Source: a virus
Taxonomy: Duplodnaviria > Heunggongvirae > Uroviricota > Caudoviricetes
DNA: 64,000 nt
Virus record (IMG/VR): IMGVR_UViG_3300042991_000725
Coordinates: 59,632 to 123,631 of that record
Direction: 5' to 3' (one strand)
Below the pieces are notes generated by a model. That model did no database searches, was not told the origin of the DNA, and saw only the letters and a list, made by a program, of their open reading frames with translations. This document shows positions 37,685 to 45,052 of this stretch, piece after piece (the stretch's first letter is position 1; the number at the start of each line of letters is the position of its first letter). The position numbers and the translations under genes were made by a program.

Positions 37685-37758
37685 AGCCCATTAACTCAAC
37701 TGGCTAGAGTGCCACTTTTACACGGTGGAAGTTGAAGGCTCGAATCCTTCATGGGCTA
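37685..37758 (+). tRNA. tRNA-Val (UAC)
   Basis: Acceptor AGCCCAT/ATGGGCT, anticodon loop UU-UAC-AC, T-arm GAAGGCTCGAATCCTTC. Confidence 0.7.
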
Positions 37759-37764
37759 TTTAAT

Positions 37765-37838
37765 GCTCGGTTAGTGTAGTGACAACACGCGACACTGTCG
37801 ATGTCGAGTCAGGAGTTTAATTCTCCTACCGAGTGCCA
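37765..37838 (+). tRNA. tRNA-Asp (GUC)
   Basis: Anticodon stem CGACA/TGTCG, loop CU-GUC-GA; CCA encoded. Confidence 0.8.
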
Positions 37839-37865
37839 TTTTTTTCGGGCTATGTGCCCACCAAT

Positions 37866-37936
37866 GGGGACATAACATAATGGGAATGTGTTACCCTTGC
37901 AAGGTAAAAATGTGGTTTCGACTACCACTGTCTCCA
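37866..37936 (+). tRNA. tRNA-Ala (UGC)
   Basis: Acceptor GGGGACA/TGTCTCC with G3:U70 identity pair; anticodon loop CU-UGC-AA. Confidence 0.8.
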
Positions 37937-37985
37937 TTATCTTTTATTTTTTGCTCTTTGACAATATTGCTGTAAAACGTAACAC

Positions 37986-38073
37986 AGAAGCGTAGCCTAA
38001 CGGTAAGGCAGCACTTTGCTAAAGTGCCATGCGTCCACAAGGCGTATTGAGAGTTCAATTCTCTCCGCTTCTG
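37986..38073 (+). tRNA. tRNA-Ser (GCU)
   Basis: Type II; acceptor AGAAGCG/CGCTTCT+G, anticodon loop UU-GCU-AA, long variable arm. Confidence 0.8.
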
Positions 38074-38095
38074 CTTTATAAAACTAGGAGCCCAT

Positions 38096-38815
38096 ATGCA
38101 AACTAATACAATGAAGTGCGAATATGGATGTGGGAATAACGCTTTATACAAGTTGCCTAAAGGCAGATGGTGTTGTTCGACGAGCTTTAATTCGTGTCCT
38201 GCTTCCAGAGAAAAAAACAGAATAGCCGTTCTCGATAGCTATAAAAATGGAAGATCTGGTTATTGGAAAGGCAAAAGTTATCCAAGTTTTGGCAAAAAAT
38301 ATGAAGAAATGTACGGCAAGGACAGGTCTGAAATAATCAAAGATAAAATATCAAAGTCTTTGATTGGCGTTTCTCCGGGCAGAGCAAGTACGGACGAGAA
38401 AGAACAAATAAGAAGATCTCGCATTTCTGCAAAAATGATTCTTAATAAATGTGGCGGGTATAGGTACGGTAGCGGCAGAGGTAAAAAGGGAACATATAAG
38501 GGGTATTGGTGTGATAGTAGTTGGGAGCTAGCCTATGTTATTTATTGTTTAGATCATAGTATCAAAATAAGTAGAAATTGGACAAGGTTTCCTTATGTTT
38601 ATAAAGGCAAGCAGCGTTTTTGGATTCCAGACTTTGTTAAAGAAGATACCTATATCGAGATTAAAGGATATGAGACAAAAAAGGATGAAGCAAAATTCAA
38701 TTATTTTAAAAAGAGCTTGATTATTCTTAAAGAAAAAGAAATGCGTTTTATACTAAGTTATGTTACTGATAAATACGGAAAGGACTATATTTCAATGTAC
38801 GAAAGGAAGAGTTGA
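38096..38815 (+). CDS. zinc-finger + PD-(D/E)xK nuclease domain protein (putative homing endonuclease inside the tRNA array)
   Basis: 239 aa; AGGAG SD; N-terminal CEYGCG...CCSTSFNSC zinc cluster; C-terminal WCDSSWE...PDFVKEDTYIEIKG (D...E-x-K); stop overlaps the 5' end of tRNA-Ser(UGA) by 11 nt. Confidence 0.5.
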   Translation: MQTNTMKCEYGCGNNALYKLPKGRWCCSTSFNSCPASREKNRIAVLDSYKNGRSGYWKGKSYPSFGKKYEEMYGKDRSEIIKDKISKSLIGVSPGRASTDEKEQIRRSRISAKMILNKCGGYRYGSGRGKKGTYKGYWCDSSWELAYVIYCLDHSIKISRNWTRFPYVYKGKQRFWIPDFVKEDTYIEIKGYETKKDEAKFNYFKKSLIILKEKEMRFILSYVTDKYGKDYISMYERKS

Positions 38816-38896
38816 CCACAGTGGGTGCGTGGCCTTGTCTTGAAAACAAGTGCCCATGAAAGTGGGCTGAGAGTTCAAATCTCTCCTCTTCCTCCA
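38805..38896 (+). tRNA. tRNA-Ser (UGA)
   Basis: Type II; acceptor GGAAGAG/CTCTTCC, anticodon stem CTTGT/ACAAG, loop CU-UGA-AA, T-arm GAGAGTTCAAATCTCTC; end taken with encoded CCA. Confidence 0.7.
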
Positions 38897-38898
38897 CT

Positions 38899-38968
38899 GC
38901 CCCGTGGTGTAATTGGAAACGCGCTGGCCTTTGGAGCCGGAGTCTCCCGTTCAAATCGGGACGGGGCA
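38899..38968 (+). tRNA. tRNA-Gln (UUG)
   Basis: Acceptor GCCCCGT/ACGGGGC+A, anticodon loop CU-UUG-GA. Confidence 0.7.
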
Positions 38969-38977
38969 ATTTTATAC

Positions 38978-39049
38978 TGCCCAGTGGTGTAATAGAAACA
39001 TATCGGACTCTGACTCCGAAGACTTCAGGTGCAAGTCCTGACTGGGCAA
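38978..39049 (+). tRNA. tRNA-Gln (CUG)
   Basis: Acceptor TGCCCAG/CTGGGCA+A, anticodon stem TCGGA/TCCGA, loop CU-CUG-AC. Confidence 0.7.
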
Positions 39050-39058
39050 TTTTTATTC

Positions 39059-39142
39059 GCAAGTGTAGCCCGTTATGGAGGCGGATGAGCCTGTAGAGCT
39101 CATATCTTCGGATCATAGAAGGTTCGATTCCTTCCACTTGCA
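39059..39142 (+). tRNA. tRNA-Tyr (GUA)
   Basis: Type II; acceptor GCAAGTG/CACTTGC+A, anticodon stem TGAGC/GCTCA, loop CU-GUA-GA. Confidence 0.8.
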
Positions 39143-39153
39143 TTTTATATTGT

Positions 39154-39226
39154 CGCAGGGTCGCCAAATGGTAAGGCTCCAGACTCATAATCTGGCAATT
39201 TGCTGGTTCGATTCCGGCCCCTGCTA
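39154..39226 (+). tRNA. tRNA-Met or Ile2 (CAU)
   Basis: Anticodon stem CCAGA/TCTGG, loop CU-CAU-AA. Elongator-type (no 3 G-C pairs in anticodon stem); a C1:U72 mismatch is read at the acceptor end, so termini are approximate. Confidence 0.65.
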
Positions 39227-39237
39227 TTTATTTTTAT

Positions 39238-39310
39238 GGTGGCTATAGTGTAGAGGACTGCACGTCTGACTGTGGCTCAGGAAGTCTGGGATCGTTACCC
39301 AGTAGTCACC
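39238..39310 (+). tRNA. tRNA-His (GUG)
   Basis: Encoded extra G(-1) opposite discriminator C73 (His hallmark); acceptor GTGGCTA/TAGTCAC, anticodon loop CU-GUG-GC. Confidence 0.8.
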
Positions 39311-39321
39311 CCATTTTTCTT

Positions 39322-39394
39322 GCGAGTGTAGCTGAATAAGACTAGCACCGGATTTTTAATCCGGGATATGTGGGTGCGAATCCCATCACTCGCA
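39322..39394 (+). tRNA. tRNA-Lys (UUU)
   Basis: Acceptor GCGAGTG/CACTCGC+A, anticodon stem CCGGA/TCCGG, loop UU-UUU-AA. Confidence 0.8.
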
Positions 39395-39399
39395 CTTTT

Positions 39400-39472
39400 G
39401 CGTCTGTAGCTCAATTGGCAGAGCATTTGGTTCTTACCCAAGGGGTTGGAGGTTCAAGTCCTCCCAGACGCA
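39400..39472 (+). tRNA. tRNA-Lys (CUU)
   Basis: Acceptor GCGTCTG/CAGACGC+A, anticodon loop UU-CUU-AC. Confidence 0.7.
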
Positions 39473-39480
39473 TTTTATTT

Positions 39481-39553
39481 GCTGGTGTAGCTTAATGGTT
39501 AAAGCGTCAGCCTTATAAGCTGAAAATCGGTGGTCCAATTCCACCCACCAGTA
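39481..39553 (+). tRNA. tRNA-Ile (UAU)
   Basis: Acceptor GCTGGTG/CACCAGT+A, anticodon stem TCAGC/GCTGA, loop CU-UAU-AA (AUA decoder). Confidence 0.65.
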
Positions 39554-39560
39554 CCATTCT

Positions 39561-39636
39561 GCGCTCATGGTGTAATGGATAACATTTCTGACTACGAATC
39601 AGAAGAGTGCAGGTTCGAGTCCTGCTGGGCGTACCA
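39561..39636 (+). tRNA. tRNA-Arg (ACG)
   Basis: Anticodon stem TCTGA/TCAGA, loop CU-ACG-AA; CCA encoded. Confidence 0.75.
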
Positions 39637-39637
39637 T

Positions 39638-39709
39638 GTGCCTGTGGTGTAATGGATAACATGTCACGGTCCTAACGTGTCGATTTGGGTTCAATTCCCA
39701 ACGGGCATA
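39638..39709 (+). tRNA. tRNA-Arg (CCU)
   Basis: Anticodon stem CACG/CGTG, loop GU-CCU-AA; T-arm TTGGGTTCAATTCCCAA. Confidence 0.65.
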
Positions 39710-39735
39710 TTTACTTTGAAAGGCGGTGATAACCA

Positions 39736-40326
39736 ATGGTTCTAAATGACGCAACTCTTGTTTTGAATAAAGGATGGGTCCCAATCGGCTTCGCTTCAGT
39801 GCGCAGGGCTATGGAACTGTTGGTTACTGATAGGGCACAGGCGATTCTCCCAGACGACTATTCTGTCCATAATTTTGATTCTTGGGCAGATTTAAGGCTG
39901 TTAGACGATGAGATACGAATCCGTACTGTAAGTTTGGAAATAAAAGTTCCTGAGATCATCAGGCTAAATACATATACCGGAGTTCCGCAACACAAACTCA
40001 AGCTTTCTAGGCGCAATCTTTTCCGCAGGGATAATTGTACGTGTCAGTATTGCGGCAAACAACTCAAGAGCGAGGATGCAACTATTGACCATGTCATTCC
40101 GAGAGCATTGGGTGGTAAAACGACTTGGCTCAATTGTGTTATCGCCTGTCTCAAGTGCAATAGCAAAAAAGACGACAAGACGCTGGCTCAGTGTGGGATG
40201 AGATTGATAAAAATTCCTGTTGCACCTAATGGAATGGCAAGTATACGGATTCCTGTATTTAAGAAGAGGATCAGTTGGGATAAGTTTATTTCAGAAGCGT
40301 ATTGGAATATTGAACTTCTTGAATAG
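39736..40326 (+). CDS. HNH endonuclease (putative homing endonuclease inside the tRNA array)
   Basis: 196 aa; CQYCGK...DHVIPRALGG...N...CLKCN HNH motif with flanking zinc-ligand Cys pairs. Confidence 0.75.
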   Translation: MVLNDATLVLNKGWVPIGFASVRRAMELLVTDRAQAILPDDYSVHNFDSWADLRLLDDEIRIRTVSLEIKVPEIIRLNTYTGVPQHKLKLSRRNLFRRDNCTCQYCGKQLKSEDATIDHVIPRALGGKTTWLNCVIACLKCNSKKDDKTLAQCGMRLIKIPVAPNGMASIRIPVFKKRISWDKFISEAYWNIELLE

Positions 40327-40358
40327 GAGTTAAGCAGACAAACGTTTCGAATAAGCAC

Positions 40359-40431
40359 ATGCCCATAGTCTAATTGGATAGGCGCCAGACTTCTAATCTG
40401 GTTTATGAGGGTCCGAGTCCCTCTGGGCATA
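40359..40431 (+). tRNA. tRNA-Arg (UCU)
   Basis: Acceptor ATGCCCA/TGGGCAT+A, anticodon stem CCAGA/TCTGG, loop CU-UCU-AA. Confidence 0.75.
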
Positions 40432-40433
40432 TT

Positions 40434-40507
40434 GCGGGTGTGGCTCAGTGGTAGAGCGCGACGTTGCCATCGTCGATGCGAGGGTCCGATTCCCTTCACT
40501 CGCTCCA
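40434..40507 (+). tRNA. tRNA-Gly (GCC)
   Basis: Acceptor GCGGGTG/CACTCGC, anticodon stem CGACG/CGTCG, loop UU-GCC-AU; CCA encoded. Confidence 0.8.
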
Positions 40508-40508
40508 A

Positions 40509-40582
40509 GCGCCTGTGGTGAAATGGCATCACGAGAGTCTTCCAAACTCTAGTCCCGGGTTCAATCCCCGGTAGGCGCTCCA
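40509..40582 (+). tRNA. tRNA-Gly (UCC)
   Basis: Anticodon stem AGAGT/ACTCT, loop CU-UCC-AA; CCA encoded. Confidence 0.8.
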
Positions 40583-40594
40583 TTTTTTTTATAC

Positions 40595-40665
40595 GCTTGG
40601 ATAGCTCAACGGTAAGGCATCTGGTTGAAGCCCAGAAAATGCAAGTTCAATTCTTGCTCCAAGCA
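40595..40665 (+). tRNA. tRNA-Phe (GAA)
   Basis: Acceptor GCTTGGA/TCCAAGC+A, anticodon stem TCTGG/CCAGA, loop UU-GAA-GC. Confidence 0.8.
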
Positions 40666-40670
40666 TTTAT

Positions 40671-40744
40671 ACGGGTGTAGTGTAGTGAAAACATTTCAGA
40701 CTCCAAATCTGAAGACAGGGGTTCGATTCCTCTCGCCCGTGCCA
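40671..40744 (+). tRNA. tRNA-Trp (CCA)
   Basis: Anticodon stem TCAGA/TCTGA, loop CU-CCA-AA; CCA end encoded. Confidence 0.75.
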
Positions 40745-40847
40745 TGCTATAAATCGTATGTGGGGAGAATAAAAATGATCGTTAGAGCTGGAATGAATTA
40801 TGCCGATGCTGGAAGAATTGGATATTTGAAAGGGAAAAGTTATTAAT

Positions 40848-40919
40848 GCCCGATAAGCGTAGATGCCGACGCAGGACCCTTGTAAGGTTCAGAGGCTGGT
40901 TGAAGTCCAGCATCGGGCT
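40848..40919 (+). tRNA. tRNA-Thr (UGU)
   Basis: Acceptor GCCCGAT/ATCGGGC, anticodon stem GGACC/GGTTC, loop CU-UGU-AA, T-arm GCTGGTTGAAGTCCAGC. Confidence 0.7.
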
Positions 40920-40930
40920 TTTATTTATAC

Positions 40931-41001
40931 GCTGTTATAGCTTAGTGGCAAAGCAGGGCTTTCGTAAAGCTCAGACGTTGGTTCGATTCCAACTAGCAGC
41001 T
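40931..41001 (+). tRNA. tRNA-Thr (CGU)
   Basis: Acceptor GCTGTTA/TAGCAGC, anticodon loop UU-CGU-AA. Confidence 0.7.
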
Positions 41002-41006
41002 TTTGT

Positions 41007-41079
41007 GCCGCCATAGCTCAGTTAGAAGAGCGCATTCTTGGTAAGAATGAGGTCGTGAGTGCAAATCTCGCTGGTGGCT
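41007..41079 (+). tRNA. tRNA-Thr (GGU)
   Basis: Acceptor GCCGCCA/TGGTGGC, anticodon stem CATTC/GAATG, loop UU-GGU-AA. Confidence 0.75.
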
Positions 41080-41084
41080 TTTAT

Positions 41085-41156
41085 GCACGAGTAGCCAAGT
41101 GGCTAAGGCGGCAAGCTGCAACCTTGCTAATATGGGTTCGATTCCCATCTCGTGCT
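41085..41156 (+). tRNA. tRNA-Cys (GCA)
   Basis: Acceptor GCACGAG/CTCGTGC, anticodon stem GCAAG/CTTGC, loop CU-GCA-AC. Confidence 0.8.
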
Positions 41157-41163
41157 TATTTGT

Positions 41164-41249
41164 GGCCAAGTGGCGGAATGGCAGACGCGAGAGTTTCAAA
41201 AGCTCTTGTCCATACACGGACACTGTGGGTTCAAGTCCCACCTTGGCTA
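41164..41249 (+). tRNA. tRNA-Leu (CAA)
   Basis: Type II with long variable arm; anticodon stem AGAGT/GCTCT, loop UU-CAA-AA; T-arm GTGGGTTCAAGTCCCAC. Confidence 0.7.
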
Positions 41250-41255
41250 TTTTAT

Positions 41256-41329
41256 GGCGCCATAGCCCAACGGCAGGAGGCATCTCGCTTAGAACGAGAG
41301 CAGTGCTGGTTCGAGTCCGGCTGGCGTTA
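41256..41329 (+). tRNA. tRNA with anticodon UAG (Leu-type anticodon, atypical short variable arm)
   Basis: Anticodon stem TCTCG/CGAGA, loop CU-UAG-AA; variable region only 5 nt (GCAGT); T-arm GCTGGTTCGAGTCCGGC; acceptor has two G:U pairs. Confidence 0.55.
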
Positions 41330-41342
41330 TTTTTTCAAATCT

Positions 41343-41414
41343 GCGGATATAGCTCAGCAGTAGAGTTCTTGTCTGATAAGCAAGAGGTCGAAGGTGCGAT
41401 TCCTTCTATCCGCA
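41343..41414 (+). tRNA. tRNA-Ile (GAU)
   Basis: Acceptor GCGGATA/TATCCGC+A, anticodon stem CTTGT/GCAAG, loop CU-GAU-AA. Confidence 0.8.
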
Positions 41415-41495
41415 TTTTATATTTTGTAATAGTGGCAGCGATTGCCTTTAACTATATCAATGCTACTTGTGGCACCAGTGAATTGCCAACTGCCA

Positions 41496-41765
41496 TCAGT
41501 TGATCTTTAACCATTCGTCCGGGAAGCCCATTAACCACAGGCTTAATCTCGGATTGATGATATCAGACCTGGGAGGAGATTTCTCTCTGTAGTAGATTGC
41601 ACGTAGCAACGCGTCCGTCCGTTTGCGTTTCCCGCTTTGTTTCGCCATTCCGGGAGTGTTTTCCCAGTCTCGAGCTTTGTCATTGACGCCGTCGTTCTTC
41701 TGGATCAATTGGAGAAGGGCATTGAGGGATTCACACATTGAAAAGCTCCATCGTTTGTTCACCAT
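41496..41765 (-). CDS. hypothetical protein with C-terminal GFPD motif (possible C5-MTase C-terminal remnant)
   Basis: ORF 41496..41867 overlaps the upstream MTase; likely starts at an internal Met; ends ...NPRLSLWLMGFPDEWLKIN resembling the (E)CxRLMGFPDxF segment of C5-MTases; GC-rich (~50%). Confidence 0.3.
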   Translation of the reverse strand: MVNKRWSFSMCESLNALLQLIQKNDGVNDKARDWENTPGMAKQSGKRKRTDALLRAIYYREKSPPRSDIINPRLSLWLMGFPDEWLKIN

Positions 41766-42717
41766 TCGCCTTTGCATGCGATATCTTTTGTTCGCTGAGA
41801 CTATTTCTTTCCCAAAACACACCGTCAGAATACCCTTGAATGCTCGAATCTGCTTTAGCTGCTTCAAGTCGCTTATGCGTCCAGCAGCAATACTCCCGGT
41901 TCAGTTCTATGCCGCAATACCGGCGTCCGAGTTTCTTTGCAGCGACAGCCGTTGTGCCGCTTCCGAGGAAGGGATCGAAAACAAAATCGCGGGGGAGTGA
42001 ACTGGCGAGAATTAGTTTCGCGATCAATTTCTCAGGCTTCTGTGTGGGATGGTCCGTGTTTTCCGGCATGGACCAGAAGGGTATCGTTATGTCAGACCAC
42101 AAGTTCGATGGATGGGTGAGTCTGTAGTTCCCATTGTCCGATTCTTCCCAATCCTTTGGTTGCCCGTCCTCGTGCCGATACGGTGCGATAACTTTCCGTT
42201 TTAGCTTAACGGCGTCCACGTTAAAGGTGTAATCGTCGTCCCGTGTGCAGAACCAGATGTCCTCTGTGTTGTTCTTCCAGTTTGCTTTTGCGCCACGACC
42301 CTTTTCGCGTTCCCACGTAATCCTGTTGCGGACATGTAGATGTCTGTCCAGAACAGGGAAAACCAGCGTGGAGGTGCGCCAATCACTGCATACGTACACG
42401 GACGACCTTGCTCGGAGTAAGGGCGTCATGGCTGACAACATACTCTCGAACCATGACGCATACTCCTCCGACTCCTGTGCGTGGAACACATGCCCGTTGA
42501 AATCCTTTGTCAGATTGTACGGGGGGTCAAGGATGAGGAGATCTACAAAGGCACGGGGAAGCAACGGGCACGCATCCCGGAAATCCTGATTGATCACGCG
42601 GTCCGTCACGTCTTCTACGGTAGCGGGGTGCGACAAGTGCAGTAGCGTGGAGGACAAATCAGACAACTCCTCCGCAGTGCATGTCAGCGTTCTATTCCGT
42701 GGTGAGCGTGTCTTCAT
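41731..42717 (-). CDS. DNA N6-adenine/N4-cytosine methyltransferase (beta-class), GC-rich foreign-looking gene
   Basis: LILDPPYNL (motif IV) then FDPFLGSGTTAVAA (motif I); ~50% GC against a ~37% background; overlaps the upstream dcm-like gene by 4 nt. Confidence 0.75.
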   Translation of the reverse strand: MKTRSPRNRTLTCTAEELSDLSSTLLHLSHPATVEDVTDRVINQDFRDACPLLPRAFVDLLILDPPYNLTKDFNGHVFHAQESEEYASWFESMLSAMTPLLRARSSVYVCSDWRTSTLVFPVLDRHLHVRNRITWEREKGRGAKANWKNNTEDIWFCTRDDDYTFNVDAVKLKRKVIAPYRHEDGQPKDWEESDNGNYRLTHPSNLWSDITIPFWSMPENTDHPTQKPEKLIAKLILASSLPRDFVFDPFLGSGTTAVAAKKLGRRYCGIELNREYCCWTHKRLEAAKADSSIQGYSDGVFWERNSLSEQKISHAKANGEQTMELFNV

Positions 42718-43676
42718 AATTTTCTGGGCTTTGGTTGTACAATCTGGGCTTTTACAGGTTGCTTTTTTCCCAGAGCATTGATCATTTCATGAGCTATAGA
42801 TTTTATTACAGGGACTGCGACTGAATTTCCTGCAACCTTTCTCACCTGTGAATAAGGAATGTTTATAATAAAATCATCAGGGAATCCTTGTAATCTAAGC
42901 ATTTCTCTTCCTGTTAGCCTTCTCGTTCCATTAACAACAAGATAGTTGTAGCTCCCACCAGCTCTTAATGCACACGAGTACGGGAGTGCTGAGATGTTCC
43001 CGCCAATATTTTCGTGCCATATAGAAGGATATGGAGGGGTTCCTTTTACGGCTTGAAGTCTTTTCTCCTTCAACCTTTCAGAAATAAAATAATTTGATGG
43101 GACATCTATTTCTTTTTCAAGAAATTCTGTAAGGGGCCTATAAAATCCTATTGGTTTTGGAAAATCCAAATGGATTTTATCTTTAAATCCTACAATGTAA
43201 ATTCGTTCCCTTTTTTGAGGTACACCGAAGTCAAGCGCGTTCAAAACCTTGTGGTAAACGGTATACCCTATCTCATTGAGTTTTTCTAAAATTATTTTAA
43301 ATGTTCTCCCTGAATCATGTGTTGTTAAACGTTTTACATTTTCAAGTAAAAAGGCTGTTGGTTTTTTGACTTTCAAAATCGACTCAATATTAAAGAACAA
43401 TGTTCCTCTTGTATCAGAAAAACCTAATCCTTTACCTGCTATGCTAAATGGTTGGCATGGGAAACCAGCAAGTAGAATGTCATGGTCAGGAATGTCTTCA
43501 GGTTTAATCAAATTTATATCACCGAAGGGTTTTTCTTTAAAATTTGCTTCGTACATAGCCTGTGCGTATTTATCCCATTCAGATGAAAAAACATTCTCGC
43601 AATCATAACATTGAAATCCTAAGCGAATTCCGCCAATACCGGCAAAAAGGTCTATAGTTCTATATTTATTCGTCAT
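42714..43676 (-). CDS. DNA (cytosine-5)-methyltransferase
   Basis: DLFAGIGG (I), GFPCQPFS (IV), ENV (VI), QKRERIYIVG (VIII), RLQGFPDDF, GNSVAVPV (X). Confidence 0.85.
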   Translation of the reverse strand: MTNKYRTIDLFAGIGGIRLGFQCYDCENVFSSEWDKYAQAMYEANFKEKPFGDINLIKPEDIPDHDILLAGFPCQPFSIAGKGLGFSDTRGTLFFNIESILKVKKPTAFLLENVKRLTTHDSGRTFKIILEKLNEIGYTVYHKVLNALDFGVPQKRERIYIVGFKDKIHLDFPKPIGFYRPLTEFLEKEIDVPSNYFISERLKEKRLQAVKGTPPYPSIWHENIGGNISALPYSCALRAGGSYNYLVVNGTRRLTGREMLRLQGFPDDFIINIPYSQVRKVAGNSVAVPVIKSIAHEMINALGKKQPVKAQIVQPKPRKL

Positions 43677-43833
43677 GTTTCGTTCGTTTTTCTTTTCTTT
43701 TTCTGCCTAACATCCCATTGCACATCATGCCCGATATTGGCAAAACTTCTGAGGATTGAGTAGCAAGTGCAAACCCGCCAATTCCCGAAAAGAGGTCAAG
43801 AACCGAGAATGTGGTCGTGGATGATAAGCCCAT
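43666..43833 (-). pseudogene. remnant N-terminus of a second C5-MTase (55-aa ORF with motif I)
   Basis: MGLSSTTTFSVLDLFSGIGGFALATQ... carries FxGxGG motif I, then ends; overlaps the start of the intact C5-MTase in another frame. Confidence 0.4.
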
Positions 43834-43892
43834 ATTTTATTTGTGATTCATAATAATGGTGAAGTTACAGTATGGCACAAACAAGACTTTTG

Positions 43893-44354
43893 TCAATCGT
43901 TGTTTATAATTTCGAGACTGGTTTGTATCCCAGACGCCGTACATATTGAATTTATAATTGCTATTATCTCGTGAATACTACTGGCATCGTTATACATTAT
44001 GGTCCATGCTGATAGTGTCATTTGCTTTGGATTGAAGACAACCCCCTCATAATCTAATATAGCACAAACTAAATCTTTTTTATTTTTGGCCTTTGATATT
44101 TTAGATCTATGTGTTTTTAATGTTTTTAATCTAGTTTTATAAAATTCTTTGAAAAAAGTCTTGTGGTCTTCTTTGCTTGCACTCTCTTCTCTTTTTATTT
44201 CTTTGTCTAAAGTCTCTATTGTTCTAGATTTGTCTAGCGTTAAAGAGAATTGTTCTATTAAAAATTGCACAAACGATTCTGGACTTTGACCAATAATCTT
44301 GAGTATAAAGCTTGCGCTGCTAGAATTAGCAACAAATCCAGCTCTTATTTTCAT
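43893..44354 (-). CDS. hypothetical protein (paralog of 3288..3914)
   Basis: MKIRAGFVANSSSASFIL N-terminus shared with 3288..3914. Confidence 0.5.
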   Translation of the reverse strand: MKIRAGFVANSSSASFILKIIGQSPESFVQFLIEQFSLTLDKSRTIETLDKEIKREESASKEDHKTFFKEFYKTRLKTLKTHRSKISKAKNKKDLVCAILDYEGVVFNPKQMTLSAWTIMYNDASSIHEIIAIINSICTASGIQTSLEIINND

Positions 44355-45052
44355 TGCGATTTCCCTTTAGATTTAGCCGACTTTATAAGATCTTCCAAGC
44401 TACTAAGTTTAGCAAGCTTTATTTTCCCGCTTTTAATATCCCTAACCCTCTTTTGCATTTCGTTTCTTGTCTTTATAACTTTTTCTGGTGTTCCAAAAAA
44501 TGATAATTCGTAAAATATGGCCGATATTACTTCTTTTAAAGTAAAGTTACAATGAACGTCTTTGGCTATTATGTTGCTACTAATAATTTTATATTTATTA
44601 TCATATTGTACGTGAGTGAAGTTGTATTTGTTCTGTATCACTATCGGCAAATGATCTATTTCATTAACAATTGTAAAGTCAAGCCCGAATCTATTTTCGT
44701 CATCCCCAATGCCATCAAAAATATTATAAAATTGCAGATCGTCTTCATTCCCCAGTTGTGTTTCTAAACAAGCTATCTTCTCAATATTAAGACTTTTTAT
44801 ATTTTTTGATTTTTCAAATTTTCCGACATTAGTTTTCCAAAAATGCAATGTGGGCACCAGGCACCCGTCTCCAAGGATATCTATAAACAACATATCTTTA
44901 TATATGGCCTCAAGAAAATTTCTGAACACTGCGCCCTTTTCTATGATCAGCATTTTGAATGAAAGGCTGAGAATCTGTCCTGTTCCACAGATGTTCTTGT
45001 TTTTATACAACAGCTTCGACGATTTAGTCAGTGTTACAGCTTCATTATACAT
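44351..45052 (-). CDS. hypothetical protein
   Basis: ORF 44351..45106 trimmed to an internal Met to limit overlap with the upstream gene. Confidence 0.4.
   Translation of the reverse strand: MYNEAVTLTKSSKLLYKNKNICGTGQILSLSFKMLIIEKGAVFRNFLEAIYKDMLFIDILGDGCLVPTLHFWKTNVGKFEKSKNIKSLNIEKIACLETQLGNEDDLQFYNIFDGIGDDENRFGLDFTIVNEIDHLPIVIQNKYNFTHVQYDNKYKIISSNIIAKDVHCNFTLKEVISAIFYELSFFGTPEKVIKTRNEMQKRVRDIKSGKIKLAKLSSLEDLIKSAKSKGKSQ

Noticed and set aside
39154-39226. Initiator tRNA-fMet
   Set aside because: Lacks the three consecutive G-C pairs in the anticodon stem; the apparent C1:U72 mismatch may reflect imprecise end assignment.
40770-40919. 23-aa ORF (MIVRAGMNYADAGRIGYLKGKSY) with SD and a long hairpin GCCGATGCTGG...CCAGCATCGGC after tRNA-Trp
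   Set aside because: The downstream part folds convincingly as tRNA-Thr(UGU) (acceptor GCCCGAT/ATCGGGC, T-arm GCTGG-TTGAAGT-CCAGC). The apparent hairpin is the similarity between the ORF 3' end and the tRNA acceptor/T-arm. The peptide is probably not expressed; residual uncertainty.
41256-41329. Amber-suppressor tRNA / stop-codon recoding
   Set aside because: The anticodon is UAG (reads CUA), not CUA (reads UAG), and coding genes here terminate normally at TAA/TAG/TGA. No evidence of recoding.
37399-41503. ORF-track entries inside the tRNA array (37399..37605, 37891..38151, 38763..39188, 39599..39784, 40188..40583, 40625..40846, 40993..41283, 41055..41363, 41099..41503)
   Set aside because: Each is fully tiled by well-folded tRNA genes on the plus strand; GC-rich stable RNA genes commonly produce spurious ORFs.
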